From contig CBDANF010000003.1 in the NCBI GenBank assembly GCA_965197475.1, positions 3,200,001-3,264,000 on the forward strand: 64,000 nucleotides of DNA. Reading direction: 5' to 3'. The translations under genes were made by a program, and so were the position numbers. Under the pieces are notes generated by a model, which made no database searches, was not told the origin of the DNA, and was given only the letters and a program-made list of their open reading frames with translations. Of this stretch, positions 29,220 to 39,875 are shown one piece after another. The DNA is from Candidatus Poribacteria bacterium. Lineage in GTDB: Bacteria; Poribacteria; WGA-4E; WGA-3G. The stretch's first letter is position 1. Every line of letters begins with the position of its first letter.

Positions 29220-30392
29220 CTAATCAATAATAGATTGATAAGTTAGCACCCGGAATTGGGCATGGAAAGGTGAATCGCCGATCAATTGCGTCATTAGAAT
29301 GGCGATCAATTCTTCCACCGGATCGATCCAAAATATAGTGCTTGCAAGACCACCCCAACTATAAATGCCTAAGGAACCGAGGGCGTGTGTATCGGCAACA
29401 TTGGTGACAACAGCAAATCCTAACCCGAAACCGCTTCCTGTTCTCCACATTGGTTGCCAATCTTCAGAGATATGATTCATTGTGGTAAGTTCTACCGTTT
29501 TTCTACCGAGCAAACGGGTACCGTCTAATTCACCTTCATTGAGCATCATTTGGCAAAAGCGGAGGTAATCTGCGGCAGTTGACTGTAGCCCCGCGCCGCC
29601 CGCATGGAAAAAACTAAGGGGTCCACTTGAAACAGGCGCATTCTTAATCACCTGAATACCACCATCTTCAGCGGGTTCGTATAACGTGGCGTATCGATCA
29701 GTCTTTTCTTCTGGAACAGAGAAGTCCGTATCTACCATGTCTAAAGGTTCAAAAATTCGCCTTTTCAAGAACTCTGCAAACGGCATTCCAGAGACCACTT
29801 CCACAAGATAGCCGAGAACATCGGTAGACATGCCGTAATTCCACGCGTCGCCCGGATGATGTAATAACGGGATATTACCGAGTTCATTTACCATGTGTGC
29901 GAGGTCACCAGTGAAAAAATTTGCCTCTCTATACCGATCATTAATCGGGTGCACCCAGTCGCCACCATAGATAAGTCCGGAGGTATGCGTGAGGAGATGT
30001 TTGACCGTCATCTCTCGTTCCGCATCAACAATAGCATCCCCATGATTCGCGTAAACCTTCATGTCTTTAAAAGCGGGGATAAATTCGGACACAGGCGAAT
30101 CGAGTTGAAAATGTCCCTCCTCATAGAGCATCATCACGGCGATGCTGGTAATCGGTTTCGTCATTGAATAGATACGGAAGATGGTATCAAATTCTATCGG
30201 TTTTGCTGTTGCAACGTCCTGCATTCCAAACTTTTCAAAATGGACAAGTCTACCTTCACGTGCTATCATCGTCAATGCGCCAGGGATTTTATCATTGTCA
30301 ACCCAACGTTGCATGACTGGGGAAATCCGCTCCAACCGCGCTGCGGAGATGCCGACTTCTTCAGGCACCGCGCGCGGAATTCCATAGTCCAT
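29220..30392 (-). CDS. Beta-lactamase-family serine hydrolase
   Basis: SMTK, LLTHTSG, WNYG and WGG motifs. Confidence 0.9.
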   Translation of the reverse strand: MDYGIPRAVPEEVGISAARLERISPVMQRWVDNDKIPGALTMIAREGRLVHFEKFGMQDVATAKPIEFDTIFRIYSMTKPITSIAVMMLYEEGHFQLDSPVSEFIPAFKDMKVYANHGDAIVDAEREMTVKHLLTHTSGLIYGGDWVHPINDRYREANFFTGDLAHMVNELGNIPLLHHPGDAWNYGMSTDVLGYLVEVVSGMPFAEFLKRRIFEPLDMVDTDFSVPEEKTDRYATLYEPAEDGGIQVIKNAPVSSGPLSFFHAGGAGLQSTAADYLRFCQMMLNEGELDGTRLLGRKTVELTTMNHISEDWQPMWRTGSGFGLGFAVVTNVADTHALGSLGIYSWGGLASTIFWIDPVEELIAILMTQLIGDSPFHAQFRVLTYQSIID

Positions 30393-30477
30393 AAGTCTAT
30401 CTCTCCTTAGTTAATCACTCAAGTTGTCCGTAATAGATTTAGTGGCAACTTGGATATGTCATTTTTTGCCGATTATC

Positions 30478-31707
30478 CTACTGTTCTGGTTCTGACTCTA
30501 TTAAAGACTGATAGGTGAACTTCCTGAATTCGCCTTGAAAAGGATAACGGTTATTGCGTAGCTGCGTCATCAGAATTCCGATGAGTTCTTTTTCTGGGTC
30601 AATCCAAAAGGTAGTAGCAGCTGCACCGCTCCAACTGAATGCTCCTGTAGACCGTTTTTCCTTATCGCCATCCTCACGGGTTACAACATGAAATCCGAGT
30701 CCGAATGCACCACCTTTTCTATACTGATGATGTGGATAACGCATGAGTTCAACGGTTTCGGATTTTAAAATGCGTACGCCATCCAATTTACCACCATTGA
30801 GTAACATCTGACAGAAACGCAGGTAATCCGCAGCCGTTGCAACAAGCCCACCGCCGCCAGAAGGAAAGAAAGTGACATCATCGGTTGCAAGCGGTGGGTT
30901 TCCCACAAGTTTTAGTCCACCTTCTTCTGTAGGTCTATATAAAGCCGCAAATCGTTCTACTTTTTCCTTCGGCACTGAAAACGCAGTATCTACCATTCCG
31001 AGTGGTTTGAAAATCTTCGTCTGTAAAAATTCTTCAAATGGCATTTCCGAAACTACCTCCACAAGATAACCGAGAACATCCGTAGAAACACCGTAGTTCC
31101 ATCTTTCGCCGGGTTCAGAAACGAGCGGGATTTTCCCCAGTTTTTGTGCCATATCGGCTAAAGTGGATCCACGTTTGAAAACTTTTAATTCACTGTAAAA
31201 CTTATCAATAGGTTTACCACCCCACCCGTAAGTCAATCCGGAAGTATGTGTGAGTAGATGCTTGATCGTCATCTTATTCTTAGCGTCATGCGTTTCTGTC
31301 TGTTCATTGTTAAAAACCTTCATGTCTTTGAATGCGGGAATATAGTTTTCAACAGGATCATCAAGTTTAATATGTCCCTCATCGTAGAGTATCATCACAG
31401 CAACGCTAGTAATCGGTTTCGACATTGAATAGATACGGAATATCGTATCCGCTTCAACCGGTTTTTTATTCTCAACATCTCGCATGCCGATGGTCTCAAA
31501 ATGTGCAATTTTCCCTTTCCTCGCCACAACAGTAAGGAATCCTGGTAGTTGTCCTTTGTCGACGTAGCCTTGCAGGACCGGACGGATACGTTCCAGACGT
31601 TCGGAAGAAACACCAACATCTTCCGGCTCTGCCATCGGGAGTCCCTGTGCGAATGCAAGTGTAGTAATACAAAATAGCAGTAAAAGTAAGCAAGTTAATT
31701 GTTTCAA
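30478..31707 (-). CDS. Beta-lactamase-family serine hydrolase (secreted paralogue)
   Basis: Signal peptide, SMSK, LLTHTSG. Confidence 0.9.
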   Translation of the reverse strand: MKQLTCLLLLLFCITTLAFAQGLPMAEPEDVGVSSERLERIRPVLQGYVDKGQLPGFLTVVARKGKIAHFETIGMRDVENKKPVEADTIFRIYSMSKPITSVAVMILYDEGHIKLDDPVENYIPAFKDMKVFNNEQTETHDAKNKMTIKHLLTHTSGLTYGWGGKPIDKFYSELKVFKRGSTLADMAQKLGKIPLVSEPGERWNYGVSTDVLGYLVEVVSEMPFEEFLQTKIFKPLGMVDTAFSVPKEKVERFAALYRPTEEGGLKLVGNPPLATDDVTFFPSGGGGLVATAADYLRFCQMLLNGGKLDGVRILKSETVELMRYPHHQYRKGGAFGLGFHVVTREDGDKEKRSTGAFSWSGAAATTFWIDPEKELIGILMTQLRNNRYPFQGEFRKFTYQSLIESEPEQ

Positions 31708-31842
31708 TCTATTCTCCTTTTATTATGGTGTAATATAAAACATATCAACATCTGGTGGAAAACGCGCAAATCAATGGAGTATCGTTAATTATAAAATCTT
31801 TTATAGTTTTCAAATTAGGTCTGTTTTTTGTCTCTGATTACG

Positions 31843-32423
31843 TTATTGTTTCATTTCTGCCCATGTTGTAGTCAACTTATTTTTAGGTTTCACAGATATT
31901 TGTTGATTATTTACAATAGTTTCATCAGATATTAATTTAGCATCACCTATAGCTGGGCGATCACACCAGCTACCATCCAAACTACTATTAATAATAATTT
32001 CTAATTCCTTAGAATTAGAAGGTATATCAAACTCAACGAATACTGCAGAATCTTTGCCAGTTAATACAGCAGATTTATAAACTTCTTTTTTATCTATTTT
32101 AAAGATAAAGATAGAACTTCCACCTACATTACAACTCGCATCAGCATTATTATTTACTTTATCCCTATCCCTATTAACGATAACCATACCTATATAACCT
32201 TGAAACTCAATATAATTATTTGCAGTAAGATCATATTTAAGTATGGAATTATTAGGATGATCAGGAGGTGAAAGCGAAATGCCTTTTTCAAAGGTAATAT
32301 TTTGAATAATTATAGGTTCACCTGTATTAGTTTTATCATCTGTAATATCATTTGCCCCCCAACCATTTTTATATTCATGTATAAGATTAATAGGTTTAAT
32401 TCCATGTTCATTAGGACTATCTT
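31843..32423 (-). pseudogene. NPCBM/NEW2 carbohydrate-binding-domain protein, 5'-truncated by IS3
   Basis: Frame is open up to the IS3 end: NGWG...TFEKGISL...YDL...FQGYIG...DRPAIGDAKL. C-terminus VKPKNKLTTTWAEMKQ. Very AT-rich. Confidence 0.75.
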
Positions 32424-33668
32424 TGAAGTGCTACCGTTTATTCAGACCAAAATTTAGCAAAGTTAAGACAAGTTTTTTTGCTCAAATTCCACAGGTGTCA
32501 AATACCCTAACGCAGAGTGAGGGCGTTTGTGATTATACACTTGTGTAATAAAATGCCCAATGCGGGTTCTTGCTTCGTGGATGTCCTCATAGTCATTGAG
32601 ATGAACTTCTTCTTCCTTGAGCGTGCGGATAAGTCTTTCAGCATATCCGTTCTCCCAAGGACACCCTCTCCGGGCGACTGAAATCTCAATCCCATGATGC
32701 CTAAGCAGTGAGATGGACGCATTTGAAAGATATTGAACGCCTTGATCAGAATGATGGATCTCTGGGACACTTTGACATAATGCTGTCTCCAAGGGTTTCA
32801 ACGTCAGAGATTGCGTCAAGTGTTGACTGATATGCCACCCTCTGATCATGCGAGTGAAGACATCCATGAGCAGACAAACATAGATAAAGTGTCCTTTGAG
32901 GCGGACGTAGGTAATATCGCCCACCCAGGCCTGATTACATCGGGAGACATCAAGGTTTTCAAGGCGATTGCTCCAGGGACGCACACCCGCAACGGATGTC
33001 GTGGTTTGACAGACACGCTTGACAGAAACCGAGAGGTTGGCGGACTTCATCAATCGGGCAACACGTTTATACCCGATGGTGTATCCGTTACGCACCAACA
33101 ACTGTGTGGGACGCCTATATCCGTATGTTGGATATAGCAAAGATAACGTCTCTATTTCATCCTGGAGGCCCGCTTCACACGGGGCCTGCTTGGAGTGATA
33201 ATAGAGGTTGCTTCGGTTGAAACCGAGTGTCTCACATATCTGCCGAACCGAAAAGTCTGTCCGTAATGCCGTAACCATTTCTCGCTGCTCCATCGAGGCT
33301 AACTCAAGTAAGTTGAGGCTTTTTTTTGGATGTCAAGTGCCAAGGTCAACCGCCCAACGAGTTGCTCAAGTTGGGCGATCCGCTCCGCAGAGGCATCAGA
33401 CTGTTTATCAGCGGGTTCAAAGAGGGTCGCCGCTTTTTCAAGAAGCTGTCGCTTCCACTTTGAAAGTTGTTCATCGATGAGGTTATGTCGCCGACACACT
33501 TCTGCTTGGGAACTTTCAACGCTGAGAGCCTCAAGAACAACTTCGGCTTTAAACTCGGGGGTGAAGTTTCTTCGTTTTCGTTTCGCCATCGGATACTCCT
33601 TTCAAGGAGATGGATATTATACCATAATCTTGTCTTAGAGAGCGGCCCGAATTTCCGGTGGCAGTACA
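32424..33668 (-). mobile_element. IS3-family insertion sequence (1245 bp), copy 1
   Basis: TG...CA imperfect TIRs (TGAAGTGCTACCG / TGTACTGCCACCG). orfA 33299-33589 and orfB 32463-33293. No matching TSD. Confidence 0.92.
32463..33589 (-). CDS. IS3-family transposase OrfAB (-1 programmed frameshift)
   Basis: OrfA HTH; OrfB WVGDITY, HHSDQG, ENGYAER. An A8 run at 33327-33320 puts orfB in the -1 frame. Confidence 0.88.
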
Positions 33669-34058
33669 CCTTCTTTTGAAGGAAGACACCCTGACAAACA
33701 CATAGCCGATATGGTGGGCTATTGTGTGCCACAGGGTAGCACATTGTCCCAAGATACCGGTTTTCAGGGTTTCACCCTCCCGGATATAAACATCATTCAA
33801 CCGAAGAAAAAACCGAGAGGTAGAGAACGGACGAATGAAGAAAAAGAAAACAATAGAAAGATAGCGTCTATACGCATACGCGTTGAACATGCGATTAGTG
33901 GTGTCAAAAGATGCCGCATTGTCAAAGATAAACTCAGGAATTGGAAGAAAGGGTTTTGTGATTTAGTTATGGAAACCTGTTGTGGTTTACACAATTTTCG
34001 CCTAAACTTCAGACCCTGGCGTTATGAAACTCCTTCTATTTAATTCATTATAATGTCT
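33669..34058 (+). pseudogene. 3' fragment of the IS5-like element
   Basis: Matches the 3' part of the other copies, ends TTATAATGTCT, and is cut by the IS3 at its 5' side. Confidence 0.9.
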
Positions 34059-34163
34059 ATTATATTAGACGCGTCAGATCCTGAACGGTTTACGTTTTTG
34101 CTATTCACCTTTGTGCCTATCTGCCACATATTTTAAAGTACTTAAAGGATTTGCATGAGGATT

Positions 34164-35771
34164 CTAGGGATTGACAACCGTAACACTGTCACCAACTTTG
34201 AGAGAATGCTGCCCGGCAATGACAACGGATTCACCTTCATTCAGTCCATTCACAACTTCAACTTCACCGCCACGCGCGAGTCCTATCTCCACAGGACGGC
34301 GTTGGCTTACTCCTGCTTCAACGACAAAAACGTTCTGCGTTTTCGTTTCAGCATCTTCAATCAGTGAAGTGCGGGGAACCAGTATGGTATCTTTCCGCAC
34401 CTTAACAGGGACGGTAACTTTTGCGAACATTCCCGGTTTCAGCGTACCTGCGGAGTTATCAATACGAAATTCAACGGTTGCTGTGCGCTGCAGCGGTTGC
34501 AATGTCGGACTAATATATGCAATCGTGGTTAATATTGGGGTCTCGATCCCATCAATATTGATTACGGCTTGTTGATTCAATTTCAATTGGCTTAACTGTG
34601 CTTCAATGACATCCGCTGTCGCTTTGACTGTGTCAATATCCACAATTTCAAATAGTGGTGCTGTTGGCACAGCCATGCCTCCCAAATCTAAGAAACGTTG
34701 TGAAACAATACCCGCAATGGGTGCTTCAATTGTGGCATCTCTAAGCCGTTTCTGTGCAAGTTTGAGCGCGATGCTTGCTTGGGTACGTCCGGTTTTCGCA
34801 ATGGTAATTTCCGCTTCCCAACTTTTTGCTTTTTCTAATGCGTGTGCGGATGTAAGTCCTGCTCGTGCTGTTTCAACTTGAGATCGTGCAAGTGCGATGT
34901 CTTTTTCCCAAGTTTTGGTGGAAGCTTGTGCTTGTGCCAATATCAGAGCAGCCTTTGCTTGTTCAACCTGTGCTGCCATCGCTTGGATATCTTCCTCACG
35001 AGCACCGTTATCAATCAATTGAACTTGTTCTTTGGCAATTTTATGTTGTGCTGTAACAACATCCAACTGTGTCTGACTGTTTTCTAAAGATTGTTGACTA
35101 ATCGCACCGTTTTTAAAAAGTTGTGCCATACGGGCGTAGTTGCTTTGCGCATTGACGAGGTTAGCCTTTGCCTGATTCAAACCTGCTTGAGCTTGCCGCC
35201 GATCTTCATCGCGCGCACCCGTTTTAATTTTTTCCAGATTTGCAACAAGAGATTTTAACCCTGCTTCAGCTTGGTCAATTTGCGTGGTTGTGCGAATTTC
35301 AGCAAGTTCTTTCACCTGTTGTAGCGAAATTTCAGCTGCGTTAACTTGTGCTTTTGCTTGTGCTACCTGTGAATGGACGCGCACCTCAGCGAGTTGCTGT
35401 GCCTGAGAGTACCCGGTTTCAGCAGCTTCGAGGGTCGCATCTGCTTGTTCTACTGCGAGTTTTAACTCCTCATGCTCAATGACAGCAAGCTTATCACCTT
35501 TATTGACTCGGTCACCTTCAGTTTTAAGAATGTCAATAATGCGTCCGGAAGTTTTGGGAATCACGTTCACACGCGATTCCGCTTCAATTGTCCCTGACAA
35601 CTGAAGTTCTGAACGAATTTCTCCCCGTTTCGCTTTCACGATTTCTACAGGTTTAGCAATATCGGTTTGTGCTTCTTGTTCTACTACCGGTTTTTCAGGT
35701 TTCAAAAATCGGAACATTGCGATAACAGCTATCACTGCAATTATGATAATGCCAATCCAAAATTTTTTCAA
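34164..35771 (-). CDS. RND efflux periplasmic adaptor (HlyD/MFP family)
   Basis: N-terminal TM helix, lipoyl halves (GDRVNKGD, IEAPIAGIV), long coiled coil, LKPGMFA. Confidence 0.88.
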   Translation of the reverse strand: MKKFWIGIIIIAVIAVIAMFRFLKPEKPVVEQEAQTDIAKPVEIVKAKRGEIRSELQLSGTIEAESRVNVIPKTSGRIIDILKTEGDRVNKGDKLAVIEHEELKLAVEQADATLEAAETGYSQAQQLAEVRVHSQVAQAKAQVNAAEISLQQVKELAEIRTTTQIDQAEAGLKSLVANLEKIKTGARDEDRRQAQAGLNQAKANLVNAQSNYARMAQLFKNGAISQQSLENSQTQLDVVTAQHKIAKEQVQLIDNGAREEDIQAMAAQVEQAKAALILAQAQASTKTWEKDIALARSQVETARAGLTSAHALEKAKSWEAEITIAKTGRTQASIALKLAQKRLRDATIEAPIAGIVSQRFLDLGGMAVPTAPLFEIVDIDTVKATADVIEAQLSQLKLNQQAVINIDGIETPILTTIAYISPTLQPLQRTATVEFRIDNSAGTLKPGMFAKVTVPVKVRKDTILVPRTSLIEDAETKTQNVFVVEAGVSQRRPVEIGLARGGEVEVVNGLNEGESVVIAGQHSLKVGDSVTVVNP

Positions 35772-35931
35772 TTGTGTAATTCTCCTTCAGCAAGTGGGTA
35801 AGATTGCCCACCTTTAGACAATGGTAAAAATAAAATCTGTAGACACCTGATAGTAAGCGCGCTGATCAACAATGTTCCGTCAATTGTAAAACCTACAACA
35901 AGTATCTTTTTTAGGTTAAGTTTTAAGTTAT

Positions 35932-37368
35932 CTATTGTATTTTTTGCCCTAATGCTTTTTCCAGCCGTGCCAGACCGACAACATAATCGTGTTGTGCTTG
36001 CAGACGGTTGACTTTCGATTGCATCAAAGCGAGTTGTGTGTCGGCAAGTTCAACAGTGGTAATCATACCGTTTTCAAATCGAAGTGTAGCAATCCGGACA
36101 CTTTCTTGTGCCTGCGCCACGGTTTCACGCTGAACATCAATCAGGGTTTTTGCTTCAAGTAAGGCAAGATAGGCATTCCGCACTTCAGATTCAACAATGG
36201 ACATCGTCTGTTTTGTGCCTAATTGAAGTTGTTTTAGAACCGATTCACTCTGTTTTACTCCCGCACGAGAAGCAAATCCATCGAAAATTGGGATATTTAT
36301 TTGCAATCCAAGACTCCAAATACGGTTCATTTGGGTGAGTCTTTCATTATGAGAAATTTGATAGTTCGAGAAAAAAGCGAGATCAGGCAGGTTTCGGGTC
36401 TTCGCAACACTCAGTTGTTTTTGACCAGCTTGTTCGTTGAGTTGTGACCGAGTGATTTCCGCACGCTTTTCAAGAGCCAATTTTATTAATTCATCAAGTT
36501 GAATTTTGACTTCAGTAATCTCAAAAGAACCCTCTACTGAAATCGCTTCAGAGAGGGGTAGGTTCAGTAATGTTTTGTAGGCATTTTTTGCTGTTTTGAC
36601 ACCATTTTTGGCACGAATCAGTAATGATTTTGCATTTGCAAGTTGCACTTTCGCACGAAGCACATCGAAATTGGTTGTCGCCCCAGCATCAAAAGACGTT
36701 TGCGCGATGCCGAGTTGTTTCTCAATAAGTTCCACGCTTTGTTCAGCGACTTTCACAAATTCTTGGACTATCAAAACCCGATAGAATGCCTCATATACAT
36801 CCAAACGAAGTTTATTGTATGCAGCTGTTAACTCTTTTTGTGCCACTTCATATCCAAGTTTTGCGGCTTGGTAGCCGTAGTAGTAGCGTCCCCAAGCAAA
36901 CACAGGTTGCGTTAAACTCACTGTACCTTGAAGATTGTGGTGCGCTCCAAACTCTAATTCAATCAGCTCAGCTTCATTATCCATACTCGGTGTTGACATG
37001 TCATTCATATCTTCGTCAGGCATATCTTCGTCAGGCATATCTTCGTCAGGCATAGGAAACCCGAAACCGCCATCTGCCTGTATAACCGATTTTTGGACAT
37101 CTTTGAAATAGGTATAGTTGCCATTTGCTGAAAGTCGTGGTAACATTGCTGCACGGGCAACACTAATTTGTGCCTCAGCGGATTTCAGTTTTTGTTCTGC
37201 AGCCTGAATCGTGAGATTACTTTGTTTGGCAATTTGCAAACTTTGTTCAAGGTTTAACACTTTGGGTTCTTCTGCGGATATAGAAAAAGTTATCAAAAGT
37301 AGTAAAAAGGTTCCTACCCAAATTGAGTAATGGAACCGTGAAAAATTCATGTGTGTTGTTTCCTCCAA
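35932..37368 (-). CDS. TolC-family outer-membrane efflux protein
   Basis: Two OEP repeats, LP.LS, IPIFDG, G....ELAD motifs. Confidence 0.9.
   Translation of the reverse strand: MEETTHMNFSRFHYSIWVGTFLLLLITFSISAEEPKVLNLEQSLQIAKQSNLTIQAAEQKLKSAEAQISVARAAMLPRLSANGNYTYFKDVQKSVIQADGGFGFPMPDEDMPDEDMPDEDMNDMSTPSMDNEAELIELEFGAHHNLQGTVSLTQPVFAWGRYYYGYQAAKLGYEVAQKELTAAYNKLRLDVYEAFYRVLIVQEFVKVAEQSVELIEKQLGIAQTSFDAGATTNFDVLRAKVQLANAKSLLIRAKNGVKTAKNAYKTLLNLPLSEAISVEGSFEITEVKIQLDELIKLALEKRAEITRSQLNEQAGQKQLSVAKTRNLPDLAFFSNYQISHNERLTQMNRIWSLGLQINIPIFDGFASRAGVKQSESVLKQLQLGTKQTMSIVESEVRNAYLALLEAKTLIDVQRETVAQAQESVRIATLRFENGMITTVELADTQLALMQSKVNRLQAQHDYVVGLARLEKALGQKIQ
37006..37053. repeat. 15-bp in-frame tandem repeat x3 in the TolC gene
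   Basis: CATATCTTCGTCAGG three times, encoding MPDED x3. Confidence 0.95.
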
Positions 37369-37413
37369 ATGAGTGCAAAATTGGATCTAGCACCTCATAT
37401 CAGATTAATTCGT

Positions 37414-37506
37414 TATACCAAATTAACTGGATTTATCTTATTTTCTGGGTATTATGCGCGCTTACAAAGCACGCATACCGAGTGAGACTAAGTTAATTTG
37501 GTATCA
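37414..37506. mobile_element. MITE family A
   Basis: TATACCAAATTAAC...GTTAATTTGGTATCA with a degenerate GCGCGCttacaaaGCACGC hairpin. Confidence 0.7.
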
Positions 37507-37569
37507 GATAGCATCTCATAATATATGATAGGTGCATCCGAAGCGTACCTATCGGTGTGAATTATAGAT

Positions 37570-39447
37570 TTAATAGCGAAGAATTGTTGTTGAATCACCG
37601 ACGATCCACAACGTCCCGTTCGGCATTTTCACAATATCCCTCAGATTGTTCGTGGTTGGGGAATTAGACTTCAACCATGTAACACCACCATCAGAAGTAT
37701 ATAGTATTATGCCTTTATCACCGACTACCCATCCCTCTTTTTCGGTTACAAAGAGTATAGCGTTGAGGTTTTCATCGGTTGGAACTGTTTGATCAATCCA
37801 TGTCTCACCACCATCAGTGGTAACCATGATTGTGCCTTGACTGCCAGCAACCCACGCGGTTTGCGGGTTAATAGCATAAACATCCTGCAATTGCGCGAAA
37901 CCCATGGTGATACGCCAAGTTTCGCCGCCATCAGTTGTCTTAGCGATTGTTCCTCCCATACCGACTACTAAACCGACTTTGTCATTTATGAAATGGACAC
38001 CGAATAGGATGTTAAAGCCTGCTCCTGTATATCCGGGATCTATGTCTTGTCCAATCCACGTTTGTCCGCTGTCGGTGGTCCGCATTACTTTCCCTGTTCC
38101 ACCTACTAACCATGCGTGGGTCGCAGTACCAAAACTCAAACCGTAGGATGCTACTTGGCTGCGAAAACCCATCTCTCCATACTGGATCCGATCAACAGAG
38201 TGTCCACCTTCATCCCTCGGGTTACTTACACTTTTCCATGTGTTTCCGCCATCAAGCGTTTCAAGTAAAGCTGCGTTACTACCAACGATGTAGCCTCTGT
38301 TTGCGTCAACAAAACCGACTCCGAAAAGCTCAAATACATTCCCACTATTTTGAGGATTCCATGTTTTACCGCCATCGTTAGTATGTAGAACACTTCCAGC
38401 TAAACCGACTGTCCAACCGAGTTTGTCGTTATGAAAATGGATAGCGCGTAGATCGTTTGTATTAGAAACGACTTCCCAAGTTGCCCCACCATCGGTTGTG
38501 TGAAGGATTGTCGCCTTATCTCCGACTATCCATGCTTCAGTGGGACTCATCATTTGAACGCCTTGCAGACGCGCAGCTACAGGTCGATAGTTGAGCGGTC
38601 TCCACGTTTTCCCGCCATCCTTTGTTCTGAGAATTACACCGAATTCTGCCGCTGCGATACCAATATTTTTATTTGCGAAATGTACATCCCAAATCGGTTC
38701 AGGCATCCCGTTGGAATTTGGCACATTACTCTGCTGAACTTCCCAATTTATTCCGTCCGTAGTCCCAACAATAGCACCGCCCGCTCCAACTGCCCAGCCA
38801 ATTGTGTCGTCCAGCATCGAAATCGCATCAAGGGTGCTAGCTGTATTAATTTTGGGGTTCTGCCATGTGTTCCCACCGTCGGTCGTATGAAGTAAGGTGC
38901 CACCACCTCCCGCGGCCCAACCGACTAGAGAATTGACGAAGTGAATACCTTCGATTGTGTTATTGGTTCCGATAGTCTGTTTATACCACGAAACACCACC
39001 GTCCTTAGTATGCATCACGAATCCGCCATCACCACACGCCCAGCCATTCTGTGCATCAGTGAATGAGACACCTAACAGTGCCACACGGGTACCGGTGGAT
39101 AATTTGTTCCACTCTTGTCCACCATTAAGTGTTTTTATGACCGTACCGTCATCCCCAACTGCCCAACCAATTGTAGTACTGATAAACCGCACTTTCTTCA
39201 ACTCAATTTTAAATGGTAAGGGTTGATTCGGTTGCTGTTTCCATGTCTTACCGCCATCTATTGTATTTAATATCGTTGAATTGCTACCGACAATCCATCC
39301 GTGTTGAGCGTCTACGAAAAAAACATCAGAAAAAGAACCTTGCCACTGAGATTCGCTTACCTTCACCCACGATTTTTGGGCAAGCACGAAGGGTGTTGTG
39401 CAAAGCAACAAAGTCAAGACTATTGAAAATAAGATTCCCCGCTTCAT
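37570..39447 (-). CDS. YCF48/BNR (Asp-box) repeat beta-propeller protein, secreted
   Basis: About 14 GW.VG..G.IL.T.DGG.TW repeats, signal peptide, AGGAGG RBS before ATG 39447. Confidence 0.88.
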   Translation of the reverse strand: MKRGILFSIVLTLLLCTTPFVLAQKSWVKVSESQWQGSFSDVFFVDAQHGWIVGSNSTILNTIDGGKTWKQQPNQPLPFKIELKKVRFISTTIGWAVGDDGTVIKTLNGGQEWNKLSTGTRVALLGVSFTDAQNGWACGDGGFVMHTKDGGVSWYKQTIGTNNTIEGIHFVNSLVGWAAGGGGTLLHTTDGGNTWQNPKINTASTLDAISMLDDTIGWAVGAGGAIVGTTDGINWEVQQSNVPNSNGMPEPIWDVHFANKNIGIAAAEFGVILRTKDGGKTWRPLNYRPVAARLQGVQMMSPTEAWIVGDKATILHTTDGGATWEVVSNTNDLRAIHFHNDKLGWTVGLAGSVLHTNDGGKTWNPQNSGNVFELFGVGFVDANRGYIVGSNAALLETLDGGNTWKSVSNPRDEGGHSVDRIQYGEMGFRSQVASYGLSFGTATHAWLVGGTGKVMRTTDSGQTWIGQDIDPGYTGAGFNILFGVHFINDKVGLVVGMGGTIAKTTDGGETWRITMGFAQLQDVYAINPQTAWVAGSQGTIMVTTDGGETWIDQTVPTDENLNAILFVTEKEGWVVGDKGIILYTSDGGVTWLKSNSPTTNNLRDIVKMPNGTLWIVGDSTTILRY

Positions 39448-39762
39448 AAAAATTCCTCCTACATTTATTCTAATCAATTTTTACACTAATTCGGTGGTGC
39501 GTGCTTCGGAAACACGCCCTTTATATTATGAGATAATATCTGTAAATCCGTTAAAGTATACCACGTTATAAATTATACGTCAACGTGAATTTGAGTTGTA
39601 GCAGAGGCATTCAGTTTTCGGTTTTTTGTGTGTTTTAATCGTAAAGTCGCGACCGAGAGGTCGCTCCTACAGAGGAGGAACCTTGAGCAGAAGGTAGCAA
39701 CTACTGGAGAATTGAATGGCTCTGGAGTTGTAGCGAGGGCATTTGGACCTGGCAAAATATAC

Positions 39763-39791
39763 TTGTCAAAACGATGTATATTTGCTATTAT
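39763..39791 (+). promoter_or_regulatory. Putative sigma70 promoter
   Basis: TTGTCA-N17-TATTAT with an extended TG. Confidence 0.5.
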
Positions 39792-39875
39792 TGAAGGCAA
39801 AATAGCACTTGGTTGTTGAACTTATAAAAAACATTCTTTTGGTTAAGACAGAAGTGTTGCCTTTAGGGAGAAATT

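Noticed and set aside
29220-31707. Antibiotic-resistance beta-lactamases
   Set aside because: The motifs fit the broad esterase/serine hydrolase family, and nothing indicates beta-lactam specificity.
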